NCBI GenBank assembly: GCA_003554395.1
Contig: PWGD01000097.1
Location: forward strand, 1 to 50,999
Reading direction: 5' to 3'
DNA: 50,999 nt
From: Syntrophomonadaceae bacterium
Lineage (GTDB): Bacteria > Bacillota > Dethiobacteria > DTU022
Made by a program: the position numbers and the translations under genes. Positions 28,749 through 37,276 of this stretch are shown in pieces (position 1 is the stretch's first letter; the number at the start of each line of letters is the position of its first letter). The notes beneath the pieces are model-generated. The model saw only the letters and a list, made by a program, of their open reading frames with translations, ran no database searches and was not told the DNA's origin.

Positions 28749-30038
28749 TTATTGGAGAAAGGGCAGGGTTGTTCCTCCATGGGGGATTACATAGGCCGGG
28801 GGGATTTCTCCTCCGTAATCGCGGGCTCCTGTTTCGAGGGCTTCATCGAGGGATGAAACCGGGATCATGCCCATGGATCGAACCAGCTCCCGGTTAAGAT
28901 CGGTCAAAGCCAGGACCCTGTTTTCTTCGGCAATAACCGCCGTATGGTAACCCATGAATCCGCCAATGGTAAACCTGCGGCGCAGTTCAGCTTCGCGGGC
29001 GGCATTGTTTGGAAAAGAGGTAAAAATTGAAGCAAAGTCAGCGCTGCCCATTCCTTCCCGGCTCTCGCTGAGCAGGATCATGGTCCCGCCTTTCTGCAAG
29101 GCAAAATGAGCATGATAGATGGTTTTATAGGTTTGATAAAAGTTGATGTCCTTGGGATAGCCACCGCAGGAAGCAATGACCAGCGGTGCGCTTTCGTTTA
29201 TTTGGACCTTCATATGCCGGTCCACGAAGGAGCAGCCTTTTTGGTGGGCGCTCAGGTAGTTGCCGGCTGTGACCAGGGCGATCTTATGATCTGCTTCATT
29301 GATGACGCTGTTGACCAGGAAATCGGGCCCGACCAGGCTGGCGCCCTGGACCATGTCATCACTGCAGGGGTTCCCTTCTATTTTGGCGGCCCGAACCTCG
29401 GGATTGATGCCCCGGCCCGGTTCCGGATGCAGCGCAAGGGTATGGTTTTTCATGATGGTGTTATAACCGGCTACACCGGGCAGGATCGCTTTCTTGCCCC
29501 CGCCCCATCCTGCCAGGAAATGGTAAACAATTCCGCCCGTCAGCACCACCCGGTCAGCCTCTGCCACCTTGCGGTTAACCCTGACTTGATTGCCGTGAGC
29601 GGTAGTGCCCAGGCTAATTAGCTCTTGATCCTCACGGGCCCGGTGATCGATGACCTGAACCCTCTTGTATACATCTTCACCAACCAGCTTGCGATGTTCT
29701 TCAGGGCTTTGTTCCCGGTGATCACCAGTGGCAGAAATAATCAGTATGTCTCGATCAGGCACTCCCCCCTGGTTCAACTCCTCCAGGATGGGAGGCAAAA
29801 GCACATGGTGCCTGACCCAAAGGCGGGTCACATCGCCAACAATAATGCAGACTTTATCTCCCTTGGTGACTATCTGGGCAAGCGGGGCCGAATCTACCGG
29901 ATTTTGCAGCGCCCGCCGCACTGCTTGCTCTTCTGAGGCGGGGCCGGCCATGGCTTTTCCTTCTAAAACCTGCTTAACCTGCCCATCCGGCAGCTGCAGC
30001 ATATAGTCACGATCGCCGTAGGGCAAACTGCACTTCAT
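28749..30038 (-). CDS. larA: Nickel-pincer-dependent lactate racemase family protein
   Basis: DVTR, ATGDHR, HFLAGWGGGKKAILPG, KNH, GGYPKDINFYQ. Confidence 0.88.
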   Translation of the reverse strand: MKCSLPYGDRDYMLQLPDGQVKQVLEGKAMAGPASEEQAVRRALQNPVDSAPLAQIVTKGDKVCIIVGDVTRLWVRHHVLLPPILEELNQGGVPDRDILIISATGDHREQSPEEHRKLVGEDVYKRVQVIDHRAREDQELISLGTTAHGNQVRVNRKVAEADRVVLTGGIVYHFLAGWGGGKKAILPGVAGYNTIMKNHTLALHPEPGRGINPEVRAAKIEGNPCSDDMVQGASLVGPDFLVNSVINEADHKIALVTAGNYLSAHQKGCSFVDRHMKVQINESAPLVIASCGGYPKDINFYQTYKTIYHAHFALQKGGTMILLSESREGMGSADFASIFTSFPNNAAREAELRRRFTIGGFMGYHTAVIAEENRVLALTDLNRELVRSMGMIPVSSLDEALETGARDYGGEIPPAYVIPHGGTTLPFLQ

Positions 30039-30143
30039 CAGTCAAACACCCCCTGGAAATTTGAGGCTCGATTAAAAAATAATCAATCACCTTCTCGCGG
30101 CAGTCCGGCCGCCCAAATTTTTCTGGCCCCTTTTTTGGGATGG

Positions 30144-31568
30144 CTACAGATCAAATATTTTGCCGGGGTTGAGGATATTATTGGGATCGAGGGCTCGTTT
30201 GATGCTTTTCATGGCTTCGATTTCAGTTTCACCCAAAACCAGGGGCAGATACTGCTTACGCTTGTTGCCGACCCCGTGTTCCCCGCTTATAGTCCCCCCC
30301 AATTTATAGATTTCGGAATAAAGGTCGGTGAGGACCTGGGGCAGCAGCTCCTGCCACTGCTCCTCGCTATGATCGGGGTTTTTAACCACCGTGGCATGCA
30401 GGTTCCCGTCTCCGGCATGACCGTAACAGGGGATGAAAAGATCATATTTTTCCGAGAGTTTTTTGAGGATAGGCAGGACCTGGGGAATGGTGCTCATGGG
30501 CACCACGATATCTTCTAATGTTTGCCGGGGGCTAATCGCTTTAAAGGCCTCGGCTGCATTGCGGCGGACCGCCCAGATTTTTTCCTGATCGGCCGGTGTT
30601 TGGGCCACGAAAGCATCGATAGCGCCGTTGTCGGTGCAAAAATCGCCGATATCTAAACATTCATTGAGGATCTGTTCTTCGTCGTTACCGTCTACTTCGA
30701 TTATTAAAAAAGCGCCCGCATTCTTGTACTGTTCAAGGCTTTGCCCCAGGTGTTTGCAGCTTGTTTCCAGGGTCAGCTGGTCCATAAACTCAATACCGGT
30801 CGGGATGACCCCTACATCGGTCATGATTTTAGGCACCACATCAATCGCTGTTTGCAGATCTTCAAAAAGAACCATCATGTCAATTTTCGCCTTGGGCAGG
30901 GGAACCAGTTTAACAATAATTTTAGTAAAAATACCGAGGGTCCCTTCCGAGCCGACCATGAGCTGCACCATGTTATATCCGGTCACATCTTTGACCCGCT
31001 TCCCGCCGAAAAAGGCGACTTCGCCTGAAGGCATTACCACTTCCAGTCCGGTAATATAGCGGCCGGTTACTCCGTACTTGATGGCCTTGCCTCCTCCGGC
31101 ATTTTCAGCGACATTTCCACCCAGGTAGCAGGTGTGCAGGCTCATCGGGTAGCCGGCGAAGAAAAGCCCCTCCTTTTGGACTGCGGCGCTGAAATCGTTA
31201 GTGATGATGCCGGGCTCTGCCACGGCCATCATGTTGGCTTTGTCAATTTCTAAGATCCGGTTCATCCTCTCTACGGAGAGAAGAATCCCTCCCATAACCG
31301 GCACTCCGCCCCCCGAAAGGCCACTTTTAGCTCCCTGGGGGGGGACCGGAATCATTTCCCGGTTGGCCAGCTTCATGATTTCAGAAATTTCTTCGGTGCT
31401 GTTCGGCTTAATCACGACCTCCGGCATGCCGTGGTACTTCTCTTCGGCCACTTCATCATGGGAATAATCTTTCAATTGCTCCCGGTCATCGAAAAGAACA
31501 TATTTGGCACCGACAATCTGTCTTAACTGCTCTGCTATTTCCGGGGTTACTTTCTGATAGGCGCTCAT
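30144..31568 (-). CDS. FAD-linked 2-hydroxyacid dehydrogenase (GlcD/LctD family)
   Basis: GGNVAENAGG, GSEGTLG, GHAGDGNLH, SGEHGVG, DPNNILNPGKIF. Confidence 0.93.
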   Translation of the reverse strand: MSAYQKVTPEIAEQLRQIVGAKYVLFDDREQLKDYSHDEVAEEKYHGMPEVVIKPNSTEEISEIMKLANREMIPVPPQGAKSGLSGGGVPVMGGILLSVERMNRILEIDKANMMAVAEPGIITNDFSAAVQKEGLFFAGYPMSLHTCYLGGNVAENAGGGKAIKYGVTGRYITGLEVVMPSGEVAFFGGKRVKDVTGYNMVQLMVGSEGTLGIFTKIIVKLVPLPKAKIDMMVLFEDLQTAIDVVPKIMTDVGVIPTGIEFMDQLTLETSCKHLGQSLEQYKNAGAFLIIEVDGNDEEQILNECLDIGDFCTDNGAIDAFVAQTPADQEKIWAVRRNAAEAFKAISPRQTLEDIVVPMSTIPQVLPILKKLSEKYDLFIPCYGHAGDGNLHATVVKNPDHSEEQWQELLPQVLTDLYSEIYKLGGTISGEHGVGNKRKQYLPLVLGETEIEAMKSIKRALDPNNILNPGKIFDL

Positions 31569-31610
31569 TTGGTCCCTCCCCTTGCAGGGTTTAAAACATT
31601 TACCGCACAG

Positions 31611-31712
31611 GAATACCGGGGACGGTTCTTAATATTCCACATAATCCACCTCGCCCCCGGAACAGGACAGAGCAGGACGGAACAGGAATATTAAGAACCG
31701 TCCCCGGTATTC
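31611..31712. repeat. REP/REPIN-like element: perfect 28-bp inverted repeat
   Basis: GAATACCGGGGACGGTTCTTAATATTCC at 31611-31638 and its exact reverse complement at 31685-31712; 46-bp spacer with degenerate 10-mers (GGAACAGGAC/AGAGCAGGAC/GGAACAGGAA). Confidence 0.9.
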
Positions 31713-31713
31713 A

Positions 31714-32958
31714 TTACATGGTGTGCATGTTGCCTAAGAATTCTTCGTTGGACTTGGTCTTTCTGAGCCGGTCCATCAGCTTTTCTAAGAATTCGATGCT
31801 GGTGCTGCTGCCCATGGCCCGGCGCAGGGCCCACATCAATTCAATTTTGCGCTCATCAAGGAGCAGTTCTTCCCGGCGGGTGCCGGAGCGGGAGATGTCG
31901 ATAGCCGGGAAGATGCGGCGGTCGGAAATGCGGCGGTCGAGGTGCAGCTCCATATTTCCGGTGCCCTTAAATTCTTCATAGACCACGTCATCCATTCTGC
32001 TGCCGGTTTCAACGATAGCGGTAGCCAGGACCGTCAGGCTGCCGCCCTGATCGATATTCCGGGCGGCGCCGAAAAACCGCTTCGGCTTGTAGAAAGCGCT
32101 GGGGTCAATCCCGCCGGAGAGGGTCCTGCCGCTGGGAGGGATGACCAGGTTGTAGGCGCGGGTAAGCCTGGTAATGCTGTCGATCAAAACGGCCACATCC
32201 CGGCCCTGTTCCACCAGGCGCTGGGAGCGCTCTAAAACCAGCTCGGCCAGGCGGATATGGTTTTCCGGTTTTTGATCAAAAGTTGAACTGACCACATCGG
32301 CATTGACACTGCGCTCCATGTCGGTCACTTCTTCCGGCCGCTCATCGATCAGCAAAATGATCAGCTTGATTTCGGGATGGTTGGTAGAAATGCTGTTGGC
32401 CAGCTGTTTTAATAGCATGGTTTTTCCCGCTTTGGGCGGGGACACGATCATCCCTCGCTGCCCCTTGCCAATGGGAATCAGCAGGTCGATGATCCGGGCC
32501 GACATAATATCGCTTTGCGTCTCCATCTTTATTTGATCATCGGGATGGATGGGGACCAGCGACGAAAAGGGGGGGCGGCTGGAAAGCTTCTCCGGGTCTT
32601 CACCATTGATCTCTTCCACCTGGAGGAGGGCATAATAGCGTTCGTTATCTTTGGGGGGCCGGATCCGCCCGCTGATTATATCTCCCGTCCTCATGCTAAA
32701 ACGGCGAATCTGGGAGGCGGAAATATAAATATCGTCATCCGAGAATTGATATTGCTTCCGCCGCAAAAAACCAAACCCGTCCGGCATAATCTCCAGCATC
32801 CCTGAAGCCGAATAATTCTCTCCATCTTCTGAAAACATTTTGGTCAGGGCATCAATTAGCTCCTGCTTGCGCATGGTTGACTGCCCTTTAATTTCATGCT
32901 CTTTGGCCAAACGATGCAGTTCATTTAAATTCATCGTTTGCAGTTTACTGGTATCCAA
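31714..32958 (-). CDS. rho: Transcription termination factor Rho
   Basis: DGFGFLR, PIGKGQR, PPKAGKT, LIDERPEEVTD, EFKGTGNMEL. Confidence 0.97.
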   Translation of the reverse strand: MDTSKLQTMNLNELHRLAKEHEIKGQSTMRKQELIDALTKMFSEDGENYSASGMLEIMPDGFGFLRRKQYQFSDDDIYISASQIRRFSMRTGDIISGRIRPPKDNERYYALLQVEEINGEDPEKLSSRPPFSSLVPIHPDDQIKMETQSDIMSARIIDLLIPIGKGQRGMIVSPPKAGKTMLLKQLANSISTNHPEIKLIILLIDERPEEVTDMERSVNADVVSSTFDQKPENHIRLAELVLERSQRLVEQGRDVAVLIDSITRLTRAYNLVIPPSGRTLSGGIDPSAFYKPKRFFGAARNIDQGGSLTVLATAIVETGSRMDDVVYEEFKGTGNMELHLDRRISDRRIFPAIDISRSGTRREELLLDERKIELMWALRRAMGSSTSIEFLEKLMDRLRKTKSNEEFLGNMHTM

Positions 32959-32974
32959 AATCTTACACCACCTT

Positions 32975-33979
32975 TTATTGATTACCGCTAAATTTAAATA
33001 TTATATAAAGTGTTCCCAGGTAGCCGGTCAGAATCATAACGGTATCGAACCCGATCCGGTAAAACCCTTTTTCTGATCTGTAGACCAGGCCGAAGATAAA
33101 AACAGCGCTCAATATAATGAGCATCAATGCCGACAGCTGGTGAACATCCGATACTTCGTAAAGCAGCGGCCCCCGGCGGTAGAAAAGATCCGCCAGGAAA
33201 AGGACAAAGAAATTCATAAAGTTGGCTCCGAAAACATTTGCTACGGCCATATCGAGATAGCCTAACCGAACGGCTGAAATAGTAGTCACAATTTCCGGAA
33301 GGCTGGTGCTAACGGCCAGGAATAGAGCACCGGCAAAACTGTGTCCCACTCCGGTTAGAGCGGCAAGCCGGTCGGTGGCGTCGGTGAGCAGCACCCCGGC
33401 GCCAACGATAAAGACCGCCGCCAGAACAAAGTGGACCACCGCCAACCCGATATGATAAGGCTGATCCTCTCTCCCGCCAGCTTCAAAGGCCTCGATTGGG
33501 GCCAGGTTGCGGCGCTCGTACCTGAAGACCAGGCGGCTGCCCAGAATATAGACTGCCGCGATCAATAAGGATTCCAGTCCAACCCAGCCGACGGGAATCA
33601 GGCTTAAGTCAAGCATGGCAATAGCAGCCAGGCTTACAGTGATAATGCTTAAAGCTGCGGTTATTATATGGCCGCGGCTTAGCTTTCTGCTTAAAGCCCC
33701 CCGCCCTTCGACCAGGTCGATAGCTGCCAGCAGGGCCAGGTTGAACAAACAGCTGCCCAGAATATTACCCAGGGCCAAATCAGGTGCTTCGATGGATACT
33801 GCCCTGAGAGTAGTAACCAGTTCCGGCAGGGAAGTGGCGAGAGGAAGCATTAATGCGCCTGCCCAGGCTGTGCTTATGCCGGTTTTGTCAGCCACGAGAG
33901 CCGCATTCCTGGTCAGCCTGCTGCCGGCATAAACAATTACCGCCGCACTTAATAAAAACTGCAACCAAGGATTGATCAT
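32975..33979 (-). CDS. Na+/Ca2+ (CaCA family) antiporter
   Basis: Two alpha repeats, ATSLPE...GNILGS and STSLPE...ANVFGAN. Confidence 0.9.
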   Translation of the reverse strand: MINPWLQFLLSAAVIVYAGSRLTRNAALVADKTGISTAWAGALMLPLATSLPELVTTLRAVSIEAPDLALGNILGSCLFNLALLAAIDLVEGRGALSRKLSRGHIITAALSIITVSLAAIAMLDLSLIPVGWVGLESLLIAAVYILGSRLVFRYERRNLAPIEAFEAGGREDQPYHIGLAVVHFVLAAVFIVGAGVLLTDATDRLAALTGVGHSFAGALFLAVSTSLPEIVTTISAVRLGYLDMAVANVFGANFMNFFVLFLADLFYRRGPLLYEVSDVHQLSALMLIILSAVFIFGLVYRSEKGFYRIGFDTVMILTGYLGTLYIIFKFSGNQ

Positions 33980-34156
33980 TTTACTCCCAGGAAAATGAGC
34001 TGTACGGTTAATTGCCTTTAGGACAATTACCGGCCGGGCAAGACAGTCTCTAATTCCTTTATGAGGGGGCTATATTTTAGATTTAAATTCAATAAATCAG
34101 GCAAGCCTGCCTGGATCAGAGAAGTATTAATAATTAAAAATCTATTCGCTAACCTT

Positions 34157-34183
34157 ATTCACCATATTTTAATATATTCCTGC
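34157..34183 (-). promoter_or_regulatory. Candidate sigma-H promoter upstream of antiporter-rho
   Basis: GCAGGA-N17-GAAT, the B. subtilis sigma-H spacing as I recall it. Confidence 0.45.
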
Positions 34184-34221
34184 TGGGATTGCAAATTAAA
34201 AAGCAGATATATTTTAATACA

Positions 34222-34839
34222 TTATGTCCGCCTTAGAAAGGGGTTGCATGCAACTTCTTCTCCAATCGTAGTTGACGGCCCATGGCCCGGATAGACAACC
34301 GTCCGGGGCGGCAGGGCAGCCAGGCGATCTTGGATGCTCCTGATCAGAGTGGCATATGAACCGCCGGCCAGATCTGTCCGCCCGGCGGAGCCGGCAAAAA
34401 GAGCGTCGCCGCAAAAAACGACGTTGTCTTCAACCAGGGAGATCCCGCCCGGCGTATGACCCGGTGTTTCCATGACCGTCAGGGACAAACGGCCAAATTC
34501 CACCTTGTCGCCATCGCTTATGTAATCGTCCGGAGGAGGCTGTTTCCCCAGGACAAAGCGCAGCCCAAAACCGGGGTTGTTATAGATCTCTAAGTCCTTT
34601 TGACAGAGCAGAAGTGGGACCTTAAATTCTTCTTTTAATTTCCCATTGGCCCCGATATGATCCACATGGCCGTGCGTATTAACGATATAGCATACTGTTA
34701 AGCCCAGATCCCTGACTTGATCCGCAATCCTTTTACCGTCCGCGCCCGGATCAATGATAATGCCTTCACCGCTTTCCGGGCACGAAACTAAATAACAGTT
34801 TGTAGCAAACATGCCCACAGTGATCACTTTAATCTGCAT
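34222..34839 (-). CDS. MBL-fold metallohydrolase (glyoxalase II-like)
   Basis: THGHVDHIG, TPGHTPG, GDALF, PGHG; start MQIKV. Confidence 0.92.
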   Translation of the reverse strand: MQIKVITVGMFATNCYLVSCPESGEGIIIDPGADGKRIADQVRDLGLTVCYIVNTHGHVDHIGANGKLKEEFKVPLLLCQKDLEIYNNPGFGLRFVLGKQPPPDDYISDGDKVEFGRLSLTVMETPGHTPGGISLVEDNVVFCGDALFAGSAGRTDLAGGSYATLIRSIQDRLAALPPRTVVYPGHGPSTTIGEEVACNPFLRRT

Positions 34840-34878
34840 GAGGGTTTTTTCTCCTTTTAAAAGCTCCCGCACTCTACA

Positions 34879-35832
34879 TCAAAGGTTCATGCCTTCAGTC
34901 GATCTGCTCCCACTAACATCTGCCGCCAGGATCGCTTTGATCAGGGGCAGGATGTCAGTGAGATCGCCTGCCTTTTCGTTCTGCCCGCGGCGCAGGCATA
35001 AATCGCCAACCAGCAAAAGCGGGACCCGGTTCATGGTGTGATCGGGCCTGTTTACATCCTCCAGGTTGCCGTGATCGCTAGTCACCACCAGCATCTCCTC
35101 CTGCGGATCGATCTGAGCGGCCAAGGTGGCGATAAACTGATCCAGGATCTCAACAATATGGCCGGCTTCCTTTGGGTCGGCCAGGTGGCCGGCCAGGTCG
35201 CTGAGAAAATATTCAAAGAGGCAGAAATCGAAATTTCTGCTGATGTTAATGAGCTGCCTGGCCCCCTGTTCGGGTGTCAGAAGCGGCACCTCAAAATTCA
35301 TACGCTGCAGGACTTCATTGGTTATATCCATATAAAGAGCCCGCCCGGCTTGAATGTCTTCGAGACTGTAGAAGGGCAGGCCCCCATAATAAGTAATCAG
35401 GGTCGAACAGGAATAGCGGTTCCCGGGAAGACCCCTGCGCAGCAGATCAAAAAAAGGAGGCCGGTACGCGTTGGCAAAAGCAACCCGGTAGCCCATCCGC
35501 CTTAACTGCTTGAAAAGAGATTTTTCAGCAATTACTGTCCTGAGCTCACGATTAGGAAAACCGCGCAGATGCCGGCCTATGTGGGCAGCGGCATTAATAC
35601 CGGTAAAAATTGTAGCTTGCCCGGTAGCGCTCTGGGGCAGGCCGCCCACACCCAGGGTGGCATCAAGGCTCAGCAGGGAAGCGGCAACGCCTTCATGGTT
35701 AACCGCCCTTTTGGTCAGGGCTTTGCCATCCAGCAGCTTCGACAAACCGGGGGATTCTGTATAGACAAAAGGATTATTAGCCTGCTGCCCGCCCAGTCCG
35801 ACTCCATCGATAAAGATAAAAAGCAGTCGCAA
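34879..35832 (-). CDS. Alkaline phosphatase superfamily metalloenzyme (iPGM-like)
   Basis: FIDGVG, PQSATGQ, DLAGH, TSDHGN, HT motifs. Confidence 0.82.
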   Translation of the reverse strand: MRLLFIFIDGVGLGGQQANNPFVYTESPGLSKLLDGKALTKRAVNHEGVAASLLSLDATLGVGGLPQSATGQATIFTGINAAAHIGRHLRGFPNRELRTVIAEKSLFKQLRRMGYRVAFANAYRPPFFDLLRRGLPGNRYSCSTLITYYGGLPFYSLEDIQAGRALYMDITNEVLQRMNFEVPLLTPEQGARQLINISRNFDFCLFEYFLSDLAGHLADPKEAGHIVEILDQFIATLAAQIDPQEEMLVVTSDHGNLEDVNRPDHTMNRVPLLLVGDLCLRRGQNEKAGDLTDILPLIKAILAADVSGSRSTEGMNL

Positions 35833-35871
35833 GAACCGGCCTCCATTTTATTCGAACCTGTCCTGTTCGGT

Positions 35872-37059
35872 TTAGTCTTCCCAGTCTTCAGGGAATAGAG
35901 GTTCTTCGTTCAAATCGTCGGGACGTTCATCAAAGGTCAGGGTAGTTTCTTTGGTTTCTCCATCCCGGTAAAAGGTAATTGAAACCGTGTCATCGGGATA
36001 ATAATAAAGCATCCGGTCAAAGAGCTGGGCCAGAAACTCAATGCTGTGATCATCTATCGCCACGATAATATCGCCGGAGACTAATCCCGCTTCATCGGCC
36101 GGGCTACCGGGAACGATTTCGACCAGGCGCACGCCCATGTCCGGATCCGGATCCTCATAATTGAGCCAGTCTTCGATTAAAACCCCCATATGGGGACGGA
36201 GCACTTTGCCGTACTCCAGAAAATCCCTTGTGACCCGGTCTACGGTATTGCTGGGCACCGAAAAACCGATCCCTTCGACGCCGCCCATGGCTATTTTAGC
36301 CGTATTGATACCCACTATTTCTCCTTCGAGGTTGACCAGGGGGCCCCCGCTGTTGCCGGGATTTACCACGGCGTCGGTCTGAATAAAGGTGTAGGCATAG
36401 TCGGTTCCGGGTATCATCACCTGGCGCTCAACGGCGCTGATAATACCGGCAGTAACCGTTTGCTGCAGCCCCAGGGGGTTGCCGATCGCCAAAACAGTTT
36501 CGCCTACCCGGCTCTGGGCGGAATCAGCGAGCGGAATATAGGTAAGATCTGTTTTATCGATATAGAGCAGGGCCAGATCGGTCATGGGATCGGAGCCGAT
36601 TAGTTCGGCCCCAAATATGCCTTTATCGGGCATGATCACCGTAATATCTTCCGCATTTTCGATGACATGATGGTTGGTGACGATATAGCCGTCCGCCGAA
36701 ATCACCACCCCGGTAGCCGACTCGATTTGCCCAAACTGCTGTCCGCCAAAACCGCTTACATCAAAACGGCTGCTAACCCCGACTACTGCGGGCATGACCT
36801 GTTCTACCACCGAAACGATATCGGCATCCCTTTCCGAGACGGGCAGGGGCGCTTCTTGATCGACCTCATTTTCTTCAGGCTCCGGGGCGACTACTTCAGC
36901 ACCGGGCATCAAATAATAACAAAACAACCCGTAAACTAAGGCCGCGCCCAGCAGAAGGCCCAGGATGCCAAACGAAATATAGCCTATAAAAGCCCAGGAT
37001 CCTCCCCGGCGCGAACGGTTGTTGTAGTTGTTGTGATTGTAATTTTGTTCCACCAACAA
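35872..37059 (-). CDS. htrA: HtrA/DegP-like serine protease with one PDZ domain
   Basis: N-terminal TM, TNHHV, DLA, NPGNSGGPL, C-terminal PDZ. Confidence 0.94.
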   Translation of the reverse strand: MLVEQNYNHNNYNNRSRRGGSWAFIGYISFGILGLLLGAALVYGLFCYYLMPGAEVVAPEPEENEVDQEAPLPVSERDADIVSVVEQVMPAVVGVSSRFDVSGFGGQQFGQIESATGVVISADGYIVTNHHVIENAEDITVIMPDKGIFGAELIGSDPMTDLALLYIDKTDLTYIPLADSAQSRVGETVLAIGNPLGLQQTVTAGIISAVERQVMIPGTDYAYTFIQTDAVVNPGNSGGPLVNLEGEIVGINTAKIAMGGVEGIGFSVPSNTVDRVTRDFLEYGKVLRPHMGVLIEDWLNYEDPDPDMGVRLVEIVPGSPADEAGLVSGDIIVAIDDHSIEFLAQLFDRMLYYYPDDTVSITFYRDGETKETTLTFDERPDDLNEEPLFPEDWED

Positions 37060-37157
37060 AATACCTCCTTATACTCATCCCGGCAATAATTCCGCCACAT
37101 GCAGCTGATCGGAGTTTCTTTTCGACAAAAGCCTGGCAAAGTGCCGGGATGGCAGTT

Positions 37158-37186
37158 AAAAAAGCAAACGGAAAAATCCGACTGCT
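37158..37186 (-). terminator. Candidate intrinsic terminator between murA and htrA
   Basis: AGCAGTCGGA-TTTT-TCCGTTTGCT followed by a T run. Confidence 0.5.
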
Positions 37187-37276
37187 GTTATTTAGTTTAA
37201 AGAATCCGTGCCGGTAACAGTTTATATCAAGCAGCTGTCAGCGTAAAGGGAATAAATCTATACCGGAAGCTTATAG

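Noticed and set aside
26678-31712. The ~30-bp repeats as a CRISPR array
   Set aside because: Copies are inverted, irregularly spaced and separated by genes; no regular spacers and no cas genes.
33980-34156. Known riboswitch in the antiporter leader
   Set aside because: Only two isolated hairpins (CAGGCA/TGCCTG and CGGTAATTG/CAATTAACCG); no fluoride, Mn2+ or c-di-AMP consensus recognised.
35831-35871. AAGAACCG and GAACAGGACAG fragments resembling the repeat family
   Set aside because: Matches are too short and lack the GGGAC core and GGAATA/TATTCC ends.
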